Assembly (NCBI GenBank): GCA_964426545.1
Contig: CAYRQP010000001.1
Coordinates: 42,322-106,321 of the forward strand
DNA from: an uncultured bacterium
GTDB taxonomy: Bacteria > Fermentibacterota > Fermentibacteria > Fermentibacterales > JCC-6
DNA: 64,000 bases
Direction of reading: 5' to 3'
Shown: in pieces, positions 18,683 through 34,147 of the stretch
Numbering within the stretch: position 1 is the stretch's first letter
Layout of the letters: each line of letters starts with the position of its first letter
Notes under the pieces: model-generated
What the model was told of the DNA's origin: nothing
Seen by the model: the letters and a program-made list of their open reading frames with translations, nothing else
Database searches by the model: none
Position numbers and translations under genes: made by a program

Positions 18683-18764
18683 CCTTGCAAATCAATAATA
18701 CCGATTGTATTTTTGTGAGTACAAATCAGTATCGAAAGTTCACATTTAACCAAAGGAGATTAGA

Positions 18765-19838
18765 ATGTCTAATCGTGTCTACAATTTTTACGCCGGACCT
18801 GCAACCCTTCCGTTCGAAGTTGTGAAAGAAGCCACTGAAGGTTCTCTTGAATTCAGTGGACTCGGAATGTCCGTCATGGAGATTTCACACCGCTCGGCAG
18901 CATTCGATGCCATGTTCCGCGAAACCCAGACAAACATGCTGGACATCATGGGACTTTCCGGAAATGAATACGCAGTGCTTTTCCTCGGTGGCGGTGCCAG
19001 TACTCAATTTCTTACAATCCCGTTTAACTTTCTGACTGAAGACAAAACAGCAGACTATGTAAATACGGGCACCTGGTCGAAAAAGGCTATCAAAGAGGCA
19101 AAGAGATTTGGCATCGTCAATGTAGCAGCTTCAAGTGCGGATGCGAATTTCACATTTATCCCCGATACATACAACCTGACACTGGATGCCGCTTATGTTC
19201 ATACAACGAGCAACAACACAGTTGCCGGTACCCAGATATTCGACTTCCCTGAAACCGGTGATGTCCCGCTCGTAAGTGACATGTCATCTGATTTCCTCTC
19301 CCGAAGACTTGATTTCAGCAAGTTCAATCTTATCTATGCGGGTGCGCAGAAGAACATCGGCTCGTCCGGTGTAACGGCTGTAGTTGTCAAGAGAGCATGG
19401 GTAGAAGAAGCGAATGATGATATACCCACCCTCCTGTCGTACAAGACTCAGGTCAGTAAGAATTCAATGTTCAATACCCCGCCTTCCTTCCCTGTGTATG
19501 TTGTTGGACTTGTCATGAAGTGGATACTCAACAACGGCGGGCTTGATGCCATCGAGAAGATCAATGATGCAAAAGCTGAACTTCTCTATGATGCTATAGA
19601 CAACAGTGGTGGTTTCTACACAGGAATCGTTGCGAAGAACAGCCGCTCCAAGATGAATGTCACCTTCAAACTTCCGACTGAAGAACTCGAGAAGAAATTC
19701 GTGGCTGACGGAATTTCAAAGGGACTTGTCGGCTTAAAGGGTCACCGTTCAGTCGGCGGGTGCAGGGCTTCCATCTACAATGCGATGCCGTTTGAAGGTC
19801 TCGAAGCGCTTGTGAAGTTCATGAAGGAGTTCAAGTAA
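18765..19838 (+). CDS. serC: Phosphoserine aminotransferase
   Basis: VYNFYAGPA, MEISHRS, GGGASTQF, DMSSD, YAGAQKN (PLP Lys), NTPP, KGHRSVGGCRASIYN; AAGGAG RBS. Confidence 0.97.
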   Translation: MSNRVYNFYAGPATLPFEVVKEATEGSLEFSGLGMSVMEISHRSAAFDAMFRETQTNMLDIMGLSGNEYAVLFLGGGASTQFLTIPFNFLTEDKTADYVNTGTWSKKAIKEAKRFGIVNVAASSADANFTFIPDTYNLTLDAAYVHTTSNNTVAGTQIFDFPETGDVPLVSDMSSDFLSRRLDFSKFNLIYAGAQKNIGSSGVTAVVVKRAWVEEANDDIPTLLSYKTQVSKNSMFNTPPSFPVYVVGLVMKWILNNGGLDAIEKINDAKAELLYDAIDNSGGFYTGIVAKNSRSKMNVTFKLPTEELEKKFVADGISKGLVGLKGHRSVGGCRASIYNAMPFEGLEALVKFMKEFK

Positions 19839-19852
19839 GTTCTATAAAGGTC

Positions 19853-19914
19853 GGTGCTGATAGGGGACACACCTCCTCGAAACAGGAACTCTTTCTTCGG
19901 AGGAATGTCCCCAT

Positions 19915-19915
<1 letters not shown>
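19853..19915. repeat. REP-like family B hairpin (GGGGACA...TGTCCCC) between convergent serC and ligA
   Basis: Differs from 47148-47211 by 3 substitutions and 1 indel. Nested inverted repeats GGGGACA/TGTCCCC and CCTCC/GGAGG. Confidence 0.85.
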
Positions 19916-23931
<4,016 letters not shown>

Positions 23932-23932
<1 letters not shown>

Positions 23933-26094
23933 CAGATATCTTCAAGCAGTACTTTTCTGTATACAATGTCTGCCGGAAGAATTCTGTCCGGGTTTATGTC
24001 GATGGAGATTATTTCGATTCCGGGAGTAACAGTCCCGACATATATGTTCCTGCGGCTGCCTTCCCTGAGATGAATTTGGTCGGATCCTTCCCTTGTATAT
24101 ATCATAATCTCGTCGATTACTGACCCATACGGAAAAGCATGACCGGGTTGAAGCTGTTCAATTTTCAGCGTCAGTGTCTGACCGTCAGGATTCGCCCAAG
24201 TGACTCTGATGCATGGAATTCCGGGTTGGAACAGCCAACTCCTGAACAGCGTTCTTCGTCGAGAACTACTACTCAGATTAAGTGCTGATGCCAGTCTCGT
24301 CCACGAATCTCCCCGATGCCGCTGACGCCCCAGCATTGTTCTCAATCCGTTATTCACAAAGCCGTTTATCTCATTGGAGAGAAACTCAAGTACAAGCGGA
24401 CCCTTTCCCATTATAACAGGTTCTGCGATTTCCGATGAAGGAAGAAGCGGGTCTGCAAGTGCATATTCCACTCCCCCTCTGATTTCAGTTTCGTAAAGGT
24501 AGTATTTTAGAAATGCGTCCAGCATTATATCACCGTTTTCAGCATTCCTGTTGGACGCGTATCTATAGACAGTCCATCCCGTCAGCATCTGCCTGAAGGT
24601 TTCATCAAGGTATTTACTGCGTGAGAGGAAAACTGCAGCAGCCCCTGCCGGTATAAGAGTTTCTCTCACTGCGACACCTTTTGAAAGAGAATCACTCCAC
24701 CATGAACAATCAGCAATTCGACAAAGCACATCTTTCGATGCAAACACACATCCGGGACCAAGCATATAAATCGATGTGTCAAGACTCTCAATGATAACAA
24801 AGTCGAGTTTTGCTCCCTCGTACTGTAGAGCATCCCAGAGATTATCTGCAAGACCTTCCGTTATGCTTTTCAAGTCATCATCAGGGTCAATAGTGTCCGA
24901 TAAATAGAGTCCGCTCCTTCCTGATGATATCCCGACACTGTCGAAGTCGGAGACAGCCCATGCTATAGGTCCCTTTAACCCGCCGACGGGTGATGCATAC
25001 CGAACCGTGTTTCTGCCTGAGCCAGTACTCCCTCCATAACTAAGTTCATCCATCGGAACATATGCAGTGTATGCAGTATCCGGGATTGTTATTTCAACTA
25101 TGTAATCCGCAGGATATCTGCATCCCGGATAAAACCACATCCCGCACTGGAAGGACGAAGAAGACCTCACCTGATATCCGCTTAAGACAAAATCTTCACC
25201 GGTGTGAAGTTCTGTGCCTTCAAACACCTGCTCAAAGATTCCGCGAAATACCCCTGTAGAGTCGCTGATGCAGACAAGTGAATCGTCATCAATTTCAGAA
25301 TTGCCGCAGATATCTGAAATCTCCGCATCCATGTAATCTTCTGAGAGGTAAAAACTCAACTTGAAATCCGACTCTGTCGGTGAAAAATCGACAGTCAATG
25401 TGTCAATAATTGTGACGGACTGTTCCCCGGGATTCACATTTATGACCATGCTGTGCAGAATAGAAGGTACAGTTGTCCCGGACTGCTGAATATCTTCTGA
25501 TATCCGGTCATAAAGCCTGTCAGCTGGATAGACATTTCTCGGAGTAATCAATTCTGCCCGGTTGCTGTATTCAGGTTCAAATACAGGCTGAGCACTGTTA
25601 AAAAGTAACCGCACATCGTCGAGTAGAACAGTCGGTGAATTTCCATACTTCTTCGCCTGCAGTACGATTAGTTCTCTGCTCCCATGTGCCCAGATCCGTT
25701 CGACGACACACGAATCTCCGCTTTGATAGGTAATGGCAGTAAACGCTCGGTTCGTGCCTGTATCGACCTTTGCAGAGATATCCCTTTGAAGAAGATACTC
25801 ACACATATCCGATTCTGTAGAACCACATCCCGGTACGAGCATAGCACGCAGTATAACCATATCTTCTGATTCAATCTCAAGTATTACAGATGATATTTTC
25901 CCGCTGCTATGCTGTATGCTGTCACTATAGACTTCCGGATAAGATACTCTCACATATACATCTTTCTCTGCATATAATTCTATTTCCTGCATATCTCCTG
26001 TTGAACGCAGATATGGGTCATCACTGCCGCAGGCACCTGACAAAAGAGCAATAATCAGAAACGAAGACAAACTTATAATGTAAAGTATTTTCAA
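23932..26094 (-). CDS. Predicted lipoprotein with M1-aminopeptidase-like C-terminal region lacking HEXXH
   Basis: GGAGG then TTG 26094; lipobox LLSGA|C. MGKGPLVLEFL and LFRSWLFQPGIP resemble M1 family motifs; no HEXXH in the translation. Confidence 0.55.
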
Positions 26095-26165
26095 ATTTCC
26101 TCCATAATACAGACATCCCGAATTCATAATTTTCATTCACTTACATATGATATAATATATGCAAG

Positions 26166-26193
26166 TTGACAAATGTACAAAGTTTGTTACAAT
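26166..26193 (+). promoter_or_regulatory. sigma70-type promoter with extended -10
   Basis: TTGACA-16 nt-TACAAT with TGn before the -10, followed by GGAGG and ATG 26212. Confidence 0.6.
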
Positions 26194-26211
26194 TCATGCA
26201 TTGGAGGAAGA

Positions 26212-26904
26212 ATGAATTTACTTTTTATAATGCTGAACACTGCTGATAGTATAACAAAATCCGATATGGCAATGTCCGCCTTTTTCTGTGCAGCTTCGTT
26301 CATGTTCTTTATTCTGCTTCATATACTTGGAGCAAAACTCTTTATAGTGATCAGGAATTCCGGACGCATGGGCCCGCGGCGCTTTGCAGTTATTCTCTTT
26401 CTCATAGGTATTGCAGGTGCTGTTTTAAGTTCAACTCTGCTTTTCAATGAGTCTGCTCTAGTTCTCGGTGTTACCTCGGGAATACTCATATGGACCGCTG
26501 CCGGTGATATCCCCGAACAGATGAAATGGATTTCGCCGCTGACACGGAAGAGTATCATCATCTATCTTCCGCTGCTTCTTATATGGGGGGTAGGCTGCTA
26601 TTATTATTCAAACCTTCCCAATGCCCTCATCGGCGCAATCGGCTATCCCATCGCAATCTGGGGGCTGAATCTCGCCAGAGTCAGAGTACTGGACAAATGG
26701 GGGCCGTCTTCTCTGCCCTCGACTGTTCTTGTTATTCTAACTGCAATGCTGGCCGGCGCAGCGGCTGCTATCGGGATTGTACACGGCACCATCTATTCCG
26801 GAATCATCGGAGGTGTTCTATTTTCGATAGCAATCTGGTCGGCATTCGAAGTGATATGGGAACGCGGAATGGCACGCGGCCCCTGGCAGATGAAGAACAG
26901 ATAG
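26212..26904 (+). CDS. Hypothetical polytopic membrane protein (about 7 TM)
   Basis: Successive hydrophobic segments; GGAGG RBS before ATG 26212; no family recognised. Confidence 0.75.
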   Translation: MNLLFIMLNTADSITKSDMAMSAFFCAASFMFFILLHILGAKLFIVIRNSGRMGPRRFAVILFLIGIAGAVLSSTLLFNESALVLGVTSGILIWTAAGDIPEQMKWISPLTRKSIIIYLPLLLIWGVGCYYYSNLPNALIGAIGYPIAIWGLNLARVRVLDKWGPSSLPSTVLVILTAMLAGAAAAIGIVHGTIYSGIIGGVLFSIAIWSAFEVIWERGMARGPWQMKNR

Positions 26905-26913
26905 CAGGGCAAA

Positions 26914-28233
26914 TCAGAATATCATATAGATCAAACCGGCGTGAACACTGAATCCGTTGTATCTATACTTTGTGTAGTATAGTTCATCATCCCCCACAGC
27001 ACGGATTCTGCCGCTTTCCGTATTCTCAACATCTCCCCACGAGTCACCTAAGATCCCATACATCCCTTCACCGCCAAGGAAAATTCCGAGATTCGATGAG
27101 AACATGTACTCAAGGTCGATATCGACAAGTCCTGTCATGGCAAAAGCGCTCGTAGAGGTCAAACTGTCATTGAGGGTTTCCTGCAGCAGAAATGTCATTT
27201 CTCCCCCGCAAGAAAGACGCAGTGCCAATTCCGGACTTGCAAGAGGGATTCTCGACCCGACCAGAAAGTCTATTCCAAGAGAAGATATGTGTTCCATTCC
27301 GCCAAAGGCAAAGGCTCCTGTAAATGAGAGACCCCATTTCGCCGTCGATACACTTACTCTGAGTTTCTGCAGATATTCAGGTAATTCAAAGTCAGCGGGT
27401 ACGCTGTCACCCAATAACACATCGGGTTTCATCAGCAGATATGAAACTGATATATCAGCAGGGGAGCCGTGTTCTATAGCCACGACATTCCCGCCTTCAG
27501 CAAGGTCACCAGCCAGAAGATGCCCCTCTGATTCATTGGAACCGATGGAAGTTATCTGAAGAAGCGCCCTGCTGCGCAGATACTCATAATCATCTTCGGT
27601 ATCTGGCATTTCTGAAGTTGTTGCGATAACATACATTACCATTCCCTTGAAGAGCCCCTGCTCCGTACCTGCCGGTATCTGCACAGGTGAAGTTCCCACT
27701 GCAACGAAATTCACTTCAATCGGAAATAATTCGAATAACGCTCTTTCTGTTATGTCTTCGGCACAATCCAGAGTCAGGTGTCTCCTGTCTGCTGGTACAG
27801 GCGGGACTTCCCGTTCAGACCGTGCTTCGCTCAGCGAACCAAACAGCGCACCATTCGAAGAGTAGAATCTTCCCAGTAACTCTATGGTGATGTTTCGCTC
27901 AACTATGAGAGAGTCATTTCGATAATATGTCCTGTCTTCAACCTGCTCGGGAAGAATTTCTATTGCAAAGAACACATCGATCTGTTCATCTGCAGCGAGA
28001 GTTCGCATGACTATAATCAGAGAGTCAGATGGAACACCAAGAAGCTCAGTTCCGGTTATATCTGCGACTTCGAAACGACCGGATATATCGAACTCTCCTC
28101 GAACCACATTGAGTATATCTTCTCCCGGGCAATTAGCATCTTCATTGAGAAGTACAACACCAATTTTCGACAAAGACGCATATGCAGGGATAAGTAACGC
28201 ACTTATCAGGATGACTAACAGAGTATTCCGCAT
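26914..28233 (-). CDS. Exported protein with probable C-terminal outer-membrane beta-barrel
   Basis: Signal peptide MRNTLLVILISALLIPAYA; alternating hydrophobic strands in the last 180 aa or so; ends GLIYMIF. Confidence 0.6.
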   Translation of the reverse strand: MRNTLLVILISALLIPAYASLSKIGVVLLNEDANCPGEDILNVVRGEFDISGRFEVADITGTELLGVPSDSLIIVMRTLAADEQIDVFFAIEILPEQVEDRTYYRNDSLIVERNITIELLGRFYSSNGALFGSLSEARSEREVPPVPADRRHLTLDCAEDITERALFELFPIEVNFVAVGTSPVQIPAGTEQGLFKGMVMYVIATTSEMPDTEDDYEYLRSRALLQITSIGSNESEGHLLAGDLAEGGNVVAIEHGSPADISVSYLLMKPDVLLGDSVPADFELPEYLQKLRVSVSTAKWGLSFTGAFAFGGMEHISSLGIDFLVGSRIPLASPELALRLSCGGEMTFLLQETLNDSLTSTSAFAMTGLVDIDLEYMFSSNLGIFLGGEGMYGILGDSWGDVENTESGRIRAVGDDELYYTKYRYNGFSVHAGLIYMIF

Positions 28234-28273
28234 GACCTTCTCCTTTATTCAATATCATCAAAATTTGTGAATA

Positions 28274-29365
28274 TTACTGCTGGACTGCATTCAGTCGCAG
28301 AATATTCTCAAGTTCATCCGGCATTTCTGCAAGAACAGAATCCACTAGCATAAGGGGAATATAATCACGCCATCCGGAAAAGAGTGAATCCAGGACGATC
28401 GTTGAAAGACTGTCGGGTATACCGTTTTGCAGAAGTGTTATTCTATAGTGTGGAATGGTATCAACCGATTCCGCCTGCTCTAGATTCTGCGATTCACTTT
28501 CTTCGGTACTACCCACCATTCCTGCCGACAGGGAAATCTCCGTAGCTTCCCTTAATAATATCGATTCGCACACTTCGGCATCCCCGGAAGGTTGTTGCAA
28601 TGCACTGTCATTCTGCTCTGCAGTTAGCTGTGTACCACTGTTGCCGGGGGGGCATCCACCTGCGCTCGATGAAGCTCCATAAGTGATAACGACCTCATCT
28701 GACTCAACAATGCTCTCAGGAAGACTCTCTTCGTCTGCAACTGTGCCACCGGTTATTATGTCCCTTTTAAGATCACCTGTACCTTCGCATTCCAAACCCG
28801 AATCCGAACCTGAACTTCCGTCTGCGGCAATAACATTTGATGCTGTACCTGAATCTTCAGACTCCGCAGTGTTTATCGGTGTTTCTTCCTCTGAGGTCAG
28901 AACTTCTTCAGTTTCCCCATCGAAGAATCGGGATGCTGTATCGCCTGCTTGACCAGCAGGTTGTACGGGTTCAGCAGTGTCGTCTGATGAATCAGGTTTT
29001 CCCATAGGCTCTTGAACGGCGAGATGGTCGTCTTGCAGTGCTTCCGATACTACGGTATCCCTGTTTATCAATATGAATGTAGTTCCCAGCAGTGCTATGA
29101 GAACGGCTGCTACAGCCGGAATAAACTTCTGCAGTTTCCTCTTTGGAAAGACTTCCTTCATTAATTTTTCTTTAAGCAGACTGAATTGAGCATCAGTTGG
29201 TTCCCTGTAATCTTCCCGCCAGGCCTGCTCTGTCTTCCTGAGATAGTCGATAGTCCGTCGGCAATCCGTGCATGCATCGAGATGAGAGAGAATTGCTTTT
29301 GTTTCACCTTCGGTGAGTTCCCCGTCATGCAGACGCATGAGTTCGGTGAATTCAGGACATTTCAT
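28274..29365 (-). CDS. Zinc-binding anti-sigma factor (zf-HC2) with one TM and an acidic periplasmic tail
   Basis: N-terminal C...DGEL...HLDACTDC (HxxxCxxC), one TM helix; overlaps the ECF sigma stop. Confidence 0.85.
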   Translation of the reverse strand: MKCPEFTELMRLHDGELTEGETKAILSHLDACTDCRRTIDYLRKTEQAWREDYREPTDAQFSLLKEKLMKEVFPKRKLQKFIPAVAAVLIALLGTTFILINRDTVVSEALQDDHLAVQEPMGKPDSSDDTAEPVQPAGQAGDTASRFFDGETEEVLTSEEETPINTAESEDSGTASNVIAADGSSGSDSGLECEGTGDLKRDIITGGTVADEESLPESIVESDEVVITYGASSSAGGCPPGNSGTQLTAEQNDSALQQPSGDAEVCESILLREATEISLSAGMVGSTEESESQNLEQAESVDTIPHYRITLLQNGIPDSLSTIVLDSLFSGWRDYIPLMLVDSVLAEMPDELENILRLNAVQQ

Positions 29366-29966
29366 CGATATTCTCCATGTTCAGATTTACCTTCAGGTAG
29401 TCTCTAACGCTTTTTCTTGCGCGATTCAGCCTAGACATGACTGTACCCATTGGAATTTCAAGAACTTCTGCAATTTCTGCATACGACAGATTTTGGTCGA
29501 CGCACAGGATAAAAACTGCTTTCAGCCTGGGAGTAAGGTTCTCGACTGCTTTCGCAATTGAATCCTTCAGTTCACCGGCAATTACCTTCTCCATCATGTC
29601 GACATCCACTACCAACTCGCCATCCATGCCGTATTCTTCATCGAATTCAATCTCATTGCGTCTCCTTCTCGACCGGATATGATTCAACGCTGTGTTGGTG
29701 ACTATACGGTACATCCATGTAAAAAATCTGTAATCCGTGTTGAATCTGTCCATTGCTTTCATTGCCTTGATAAAAGCCTCCTGTGTAACATCCCAAGCTT
29801 CATCATCACTCCTGCACATGCGCCTTGCCACCCTGAATATTCGTTTCGAGTACTTCTCGAAGAGCATACCGAATGCATCCCTGTTACCATCCTTTGCACG
29901 CTTCAGAATTTCGTGGTCGGGATCTTCTGAAACAAGTGTCATAAATAATACACTCAGGAAGAACAT
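29352..29966 (-). CDS. ECF RNA polymerase sigma factor
   Basis: Region 2 DVTQEAFIKA...FFTWMYRIVTN; region 4 LSYAEIAEVLEIPMGTVMSRLNRAR. Confidence 0.93.
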   Translation of the reverse strand: MFFLSVLFMTLVSEDPDHEILKRAKDGNRDAFGMLFEKYSKRIFRVARRMCRSDDEAWDVTQEAFIKAMKAMDRFNTDYRFFTWMYRIVTNTALNHIRSRRRRNEIEFDEEYGMDGELVVDVDMMEKVIAGELKDSIAKAVENLTPRLKAVFILCVDQNLSYAEIAEVLEIPMGTVMSRLNRARKSVRDYLKVNLNMENIDEMS

Positions 29967-29985
29967 TTATTCCCCTTAGGCAGAA

Positions 29986-30516
29986 TCAGAAGTGAATGTA
30001 AATAGCGGCACCAATCTGCGTCTCAGATTCAAAATCACTGTTTTCCGCTTCGAATGAAAAAAGATAAGCATCGACATATGCATCAAGCATTCCTATCAGC
30101 CAAGCTCCGGATGTGTACCATATAAGGGAGAGTCTTGTTTCATAATGCAGGTCATAGGATTGTGTGTCTCCGGTTTCATCTGCATCCTTCATTGCAGCAT
30201 TCTCAGCAATCAGCCATGCCAGCAGTCCGATTTCCACCACCCCGTACAAAACTCCCTTGAGTGGCTCATCGTTGTAAAACTGTCCCCATCCGGGCAGGAC
30301 AGCTGAACGAAGCATAGCACCTGTAGGGTTCCGGTATTCGATCTCAGTATCCATGACAATTACAGTAGAATCCGATTCAGCCAGTCCTCTTTCAGGGGGT
30401 GTATCATCATTCTGCATTGTTTCAGATGTTTCAGGTATTTCAGATGTTTCAGAAAAGACCATTGATATAAAGGTAAGCATCATTACAAAAAAATAACAGC
30501 GGACACAGTTCTTCAA
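29986..30516 (-). CDS. DUF5683-like membrane/exported protein
   Basis: NPTGAMLRSAVLPGWGQFYN and LDAYVDAYL motifs. Confidence 0.7.
   Translation of the reverse strand: MKNCVRCYFFVMMLTFISMVFSETSEIPETSETMQNDDTPPERGLAESDSTVIVMDTEIEYRNPTGAMLRSAVLPGWGQFYNDEPLKGVLYGVVEIGLLAWLIAENAAMKDADETGDTQSYDLHYETRLSLIWYTSGAWLIGMLDAYVDAYLFSFEAENSDFESETQIGAAIYIHF
30419..30454. repeat. In-frame 9-bp tandem repeat, 4 imperfect copies (encodes SETSEIPETSET)
   Basis: gtttcagat gtttcaggt atttcagat gtttcagaa. Confidence 0.7.
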
Positions 30517-31271
30517 CTCACGACTCCTCTTTTACTTGAGAGGATGAATTCAGCGATTTCGAGCCCATCCTCATTACCGGAATTTCTTATTATCTCTGTG
30601 GCTTTTTCAGTCAGAAGTCCTTTGTGTCGAAAAAGATATCGAAAAATTTCGTAGAGCTCTTTTATTCTCTCAGATGAAAATTCGTTGCGCTTTAGTTTAA
30701 TCTTATTCAAGGACCGTACCCTAAGCGGGTATCCACCTACGATAACAAAGGGAGGTATATCCTTGTTGACCCTGTAACCGCCACCAACCATTGCACACTG
30801 TCCTATCCTTACGAACTGGTGTATAGGAACTACCCCTCCAATGGTAACATGACTGTTTACCTCTACATGTCCGGCGAGATTCACCGCGTTGGCGAGAATG
30901 ACTTCATCGCCGATAATGCAGTCATGTGCAATATGAACATAGGCCATGATCAGACAGTTCTCACCGACAACTGTCCTACCGCCTTCACCGGTACCTCTGT
31001 TGATATTTGCAAACTCTCTGATTACAGTATCTTTTCCTATAATCAATTCACTTCTTTCTCCGCCGTATTTCAGATCCTGCGGGTCGGTACCGATAACAGC
31101 TGAAGGTCCGATACTGACTCCATCGGACAGAGTACACGGTCCATGCACTACTGCATGCGATGCTATCCTGACATTATTCCCAATAGAAACATCTTCACCA
31201 ATAACAGCATAAGCACCAATGTCTGCGTCCCCGGGTATCCTGCTCTCTGAAATGACCGTCGCGTGGATCAT
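30513..31271 (-). CDS. lpxA: UDP-N-acetylglucosamine O-acyltransferase
   Basis: Hexapeptide repeats, PQDLKY, IREFANINRGT, HIAHDC, LAGHV, IHQFVRIG. Confidence 0.95.
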   Translation of the reverse strand: MIHATVISESRIPGDADIGAYAVIGEDVSIGNNVRIASHAVVHGPCTLSDGVSIGPSAVIGTDPQDLKYGGERSELIIGKDTVIREFANINRGTGEGGRTVVGENCLIMAYVHIAHDCIIGDEVILANAVNLAGHVEVNSHVTIGGVVPIHQFVRIGQCAMVGGGYRVNKDIPPFVIVGGYPLRVRSLNKIKLKRNEFSSERIKELYEIFRYLFRHKGLLTEKATEIIRNSGNEDGLEIAEFILSSKRGVVS

Positions 31272-32584
31272 GTCTTCTTCACCAGCATTGCCTTGAGTTC
31301 AGCTTCGACCATCACCTTATCGTCGACTTTTGCTATGCCTTTCATTCTGCACATCGGCCCCCTCTGCTGCAGCATTGTAAGTTCGAGTATCACCTGGTCA
31401 CCCGCCCGCACAGGATTCCTGAATCGGACTTTGTCGAGTCCGGTGAAGTAAACAAGCCAATCTTTCGGGTCCTCCAGTGCTTCGAACAGCATCAGTCCGC
31501 CTGCCTGCCCCAGAGCCTCCACCATCAGAACACCGGGTACAATCGGGCTTCCCGGGAAATGCCCCTGAAAGAACGGTTCATTGATGGAAACATTCTTCAT
31601 CCCGACAATTCTCTTACCCGGGTCGACTTCAAGCACTCTGTCAACCAGCAGAAATGGATATCTGTGCGGAAGCAGGTTCATGATATCATCGATGTCCCAA
31701 ACTTTCTCGGTAAGTGAAACATCGAGAAGTGCATTCCTGTATTTCTGCTTTATCCTCTTGACGAAACTGACATTGGAGGCGTGGCCTGACTTGGCTGAGA
31801 TAATATGTCCCCGCACCCTTGCACCGAGTAGTGAAAGATCCCCCAGCAGATCAAGCACTTTATGGCGAACAAATTCGTTGGGAAAGCGAAGCGGTTCTTC
31901 ATTGAGTATCCCGTCATCCCCGACTACAATTGCATTTTCAAGCGTACCTCCCTTGATCATGTTCCTCTCCTGCAGAAGTTTCACATCTTCATACATGCAG
32001 AATGTGCGGCAGGATGCAATCTCCTCCTTGTAACTCTCCGGGGTAATCTCAAGGGAGATGTACTGGGTTCCAATAACCGGATTATCGAAATCGATTGTAA
32101 AACTTACCTTCAATCCGTCGAAGGGAACAACGGACAATGTAGCTCCGAATGCTTCTATATTGACCTGCTCTTCGATCTTGAGGATTTTTCTCGGTTTGTT
32201 TTCAATTTCCGAAACTCCGGCACTTTCCAGCAGTTTGATATAACTTCTGACAGAGCCGTCACCCGGCTCGGGCGGTTCATCCGAATCAAGTTCTATAAAT
32301 GCATTGTCGATTCCCATACCGTACAATGCTGACAGAACATGCTCGACAGTGTGAACTTCATAGTAGTCCTTACCCAGGGTTGTTCTTCTAGACTGTTCTT
32401 CCACCTGCCTGACATTCTCGACACATGCTTTTATTTCCGGATTCCCTTCGACATCGGTTCTGACAAAGACTATTCCGTTATCTGCGGGTGCGGGTTTGAA
32501 CCTTACCGTTGTTTCTCTGCCAATGTGAATACCAATCCCCTTGAATTCCACAGTTGACCCGAGTGTTGTCTGTAAACTCCCCAT
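31268..32584 (-). CDS. lpxC-fabZ: Bifunctional LpxC deacetylase / FabZ dehydratase
   Basis: GIGIHIG, TVEHVLSAL, RHKVLDLLGDL, SGH, followed by LPHRYPFLLVDRV and FFQGHFP. Confidence 0.95.
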   Translation of the reverse strand: MGSLQTTLGSTVEFKGIGIHIGRETTVRFKPAPADNGIVFVRTDVEGNPEIKACVENVRQVEEQSRRTTLGKDYYEVHTVEHVLSALYGMGIDNAFIELDSDEPPEPGDGSVRSYIKLLESAGVSEIENKPRKILKIEEQVNIEAFGATLSVVPFDGLKVSFTIDFDNPVIGTQYISLEITPESYKEEIASCRTFCMYEDVKLLQERNMIKGGTLENAIVVGDDGILNEEPLRFPNEFVRHKVLDLLGDLSLLGARVRGHIISAKSGHASNVSFVKRIKQKYRNALLDVSLTEKVWDIDDIMNLLPHRYPFLLVDRVLEVDPGKRIVGMKNVSINEPFFQGHFPGSPIVPGVLMVEALGQAGGLMLFEALEDPKDWLVYFTGLDKVRFRNPVRAGDQVILELTMLQQRGPMCRMKGIAKVDDKVMVEAELKAMLVKKT

Positions 32585-33595
32585 TTAATCCCCTTCTCCA
32601 TCTCTCTGTTTCTTTACCTCTGCATAAATACCGGAAATTTTCGAGAGTGTAGCCTGTATTCTCAAAGACTCAGAATGCGGTCTTGCGGGATAACCGGAAA
32701 CTGTTGTCCCTGCGGGAACATCTTTGGTTACTCCTGCCTGTGCTGCTATAACTGCACCATCCCCTATTTCAATATGTCCGTTGATACCTGCCTGACCGCC
32801 GAATACGACTCCTGAACCGACTTTCGTACTTCCGGCAATCCCTGTCTGGGCTGCTATAAAACACCCGTCACCTATTATAACATTATGAGCGATTTGTATT
32901 AGATTGTCCAGTTTTGTGTGTTTTCCAATGACAGTGCTGCCTACTACAGCCCTGTCTATCGTGCAGCAAGCCCCAATCTCTACATCATCCTCAATGACGA
33001 CATTGCCGCACTGGGGGATCTTCTTATGGCCATTTGCATCAGGTACGAATCCAAAACCATCAGAGCCAATCACTGTACCTGAGTGAATAACTACCCTGTC
33101 TCCTATTTCAGAATTGCTTCCGATTGAAGTGTTTGCGTGTATCACACAGCTTTTACCGATGATGGAGCCAGGACCTATGACTGAATTGGCTCCGACAGAA
33201 GCATTTTTTCCTATTGTGACATTTCTGTCGATTACTGCACCGGGTCCAATCTCTGCGCCCGGTGCTATTTCAACAGAAGGGTGAATTACAGCCGTTTCCT
33301 GAATTCCTCTAAAACCGCTTTCTTCCGGTTCGAAGAACTGCTCAAGTGCAATCCGGAAGGCATCGTGAGCATTGGTTACCAGAATCTGATTCGAAGCACT
33401 CGTCTCAATCTGTTTTGCAGTAATAACCGCCAGTGCTTTCGTTGACTTCAAATACTTCGTGTAACGTGCATTTCCGTAATAGCAGACTTCTGATTCCCCT
33501 GCATCCTGAAGCGTCGAAACTCCCTTTACTTCGATACTCCCGCCGCAACCCTGAAGTGTACCGCGAAGTGCTTCAGCAAGTTCTGAAAGCAGCAT
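32585..33595 (-). CDS. lpxD: UDP-3-O-acyl-glucosamine N-acyltransferase
   Basis: [50 protein letters not shown]. Confidence 0.96.
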   Translation of the reverse strand: MLLSELAEALRGTLQGCGGSIEVKGVSTLQDAGESEVCYYGNARYTKYLKSTKALAVITAKQIETSASNQILVTNAHDAFRIALEQFFEPEESGFRGIQETAVIHPSVEIAPGAEIGPGAVIDRNVTIGKNASVGANSVIGPGSIIGKSCVIHANTSIGSNSEIGDRVVIHSGTVIGSDGFGFVPDANGHKKIPQCGNVVIEDDVEIGACCTIDRAVVGSTVIGKHTKLDNLIQIAHNVIIGDGCFIAAQTGIAGSTKVGSGVVFGGQAGINGHIEIGDGAVIAAQAGVTKDVPAGTTVSGYPARPHSESLRIQATLSKISGIYAEVKKQRDGEGD

Positions 33596-34102
33596 TTATT
33601 CTCTGCCCCCCCTGGAGAGAAAGTCTATGACCTCCTGAGTAATGTCCAGCGCATCATCTGCGTACACAACGGTTCCGTTTGCAATGTCGATAACGATGTC
33701 TATCCCTTCTTCTACACAGATTTCCCGTACTGCATCGTTTATGCCAGAGACTATAGGGGATACAAGTTGTTCATTCCTGGTCTCAACAAGTCCACCGGGT
33801 CCGAATGTCGATGCAACATAGTTCTGAAGTTCCATCTGCTTCACTTCGAGTTCGTCCTCCAGTTCGGTCCTGCGCTCGGGGCTCATAACCATTGTAAAGT
33901 CAAGGTCTATTTCGATTTCATCTATCTCATCCTGAAGAGAGTCTGCATGCGCCTCCCACTCCTCAATCTCGTTTTCCAGAAGTTCTCTTGCATCTGTCAC
34001 ATCCCCAAGGGAATTGAATATTACATCGGAGTCTATCACCGCTATCGTTTGTGCAGTAGAGAATGCAGTCAGCAGGAATAATAAAAGAGATATCATTTTC
34101 AT
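33596..34102 (-). CDS. skp: OmpH/Skp periplasmic chaperone
   Basis: Signal peptide, IAVID, coiled-coil body, VVYAD..LDITQEVI; lies between bamA and lpxD. Confidence 0.88.
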   Translation of the reverse strand: MKMISLLLFLLTAFSTAQTIAVIDSDVIFNSLGDVTDARELLENEIEEWEAHADSLQDEIDEIEIDLDFTMVMSPERRTELEDELEVKQMELQNYVASTFGPGGLVETRNEQLVSPIVSGINDAVREICVEEGIDIVIDIANGTVVYADDALDITQEVIDFLSRGGRE

Positions 34103-34147
34103 TTCTCAGTCTCCTTAAGAGTTATATAAGCCAACAGAACCATGCAC

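Noticed and set aside
30419-30454. 9-bp tandem repeat as a phase-variation switch
   Set aside because: In-frame, imperfect and in a low-complexity linker; copy changes would not switch expression.
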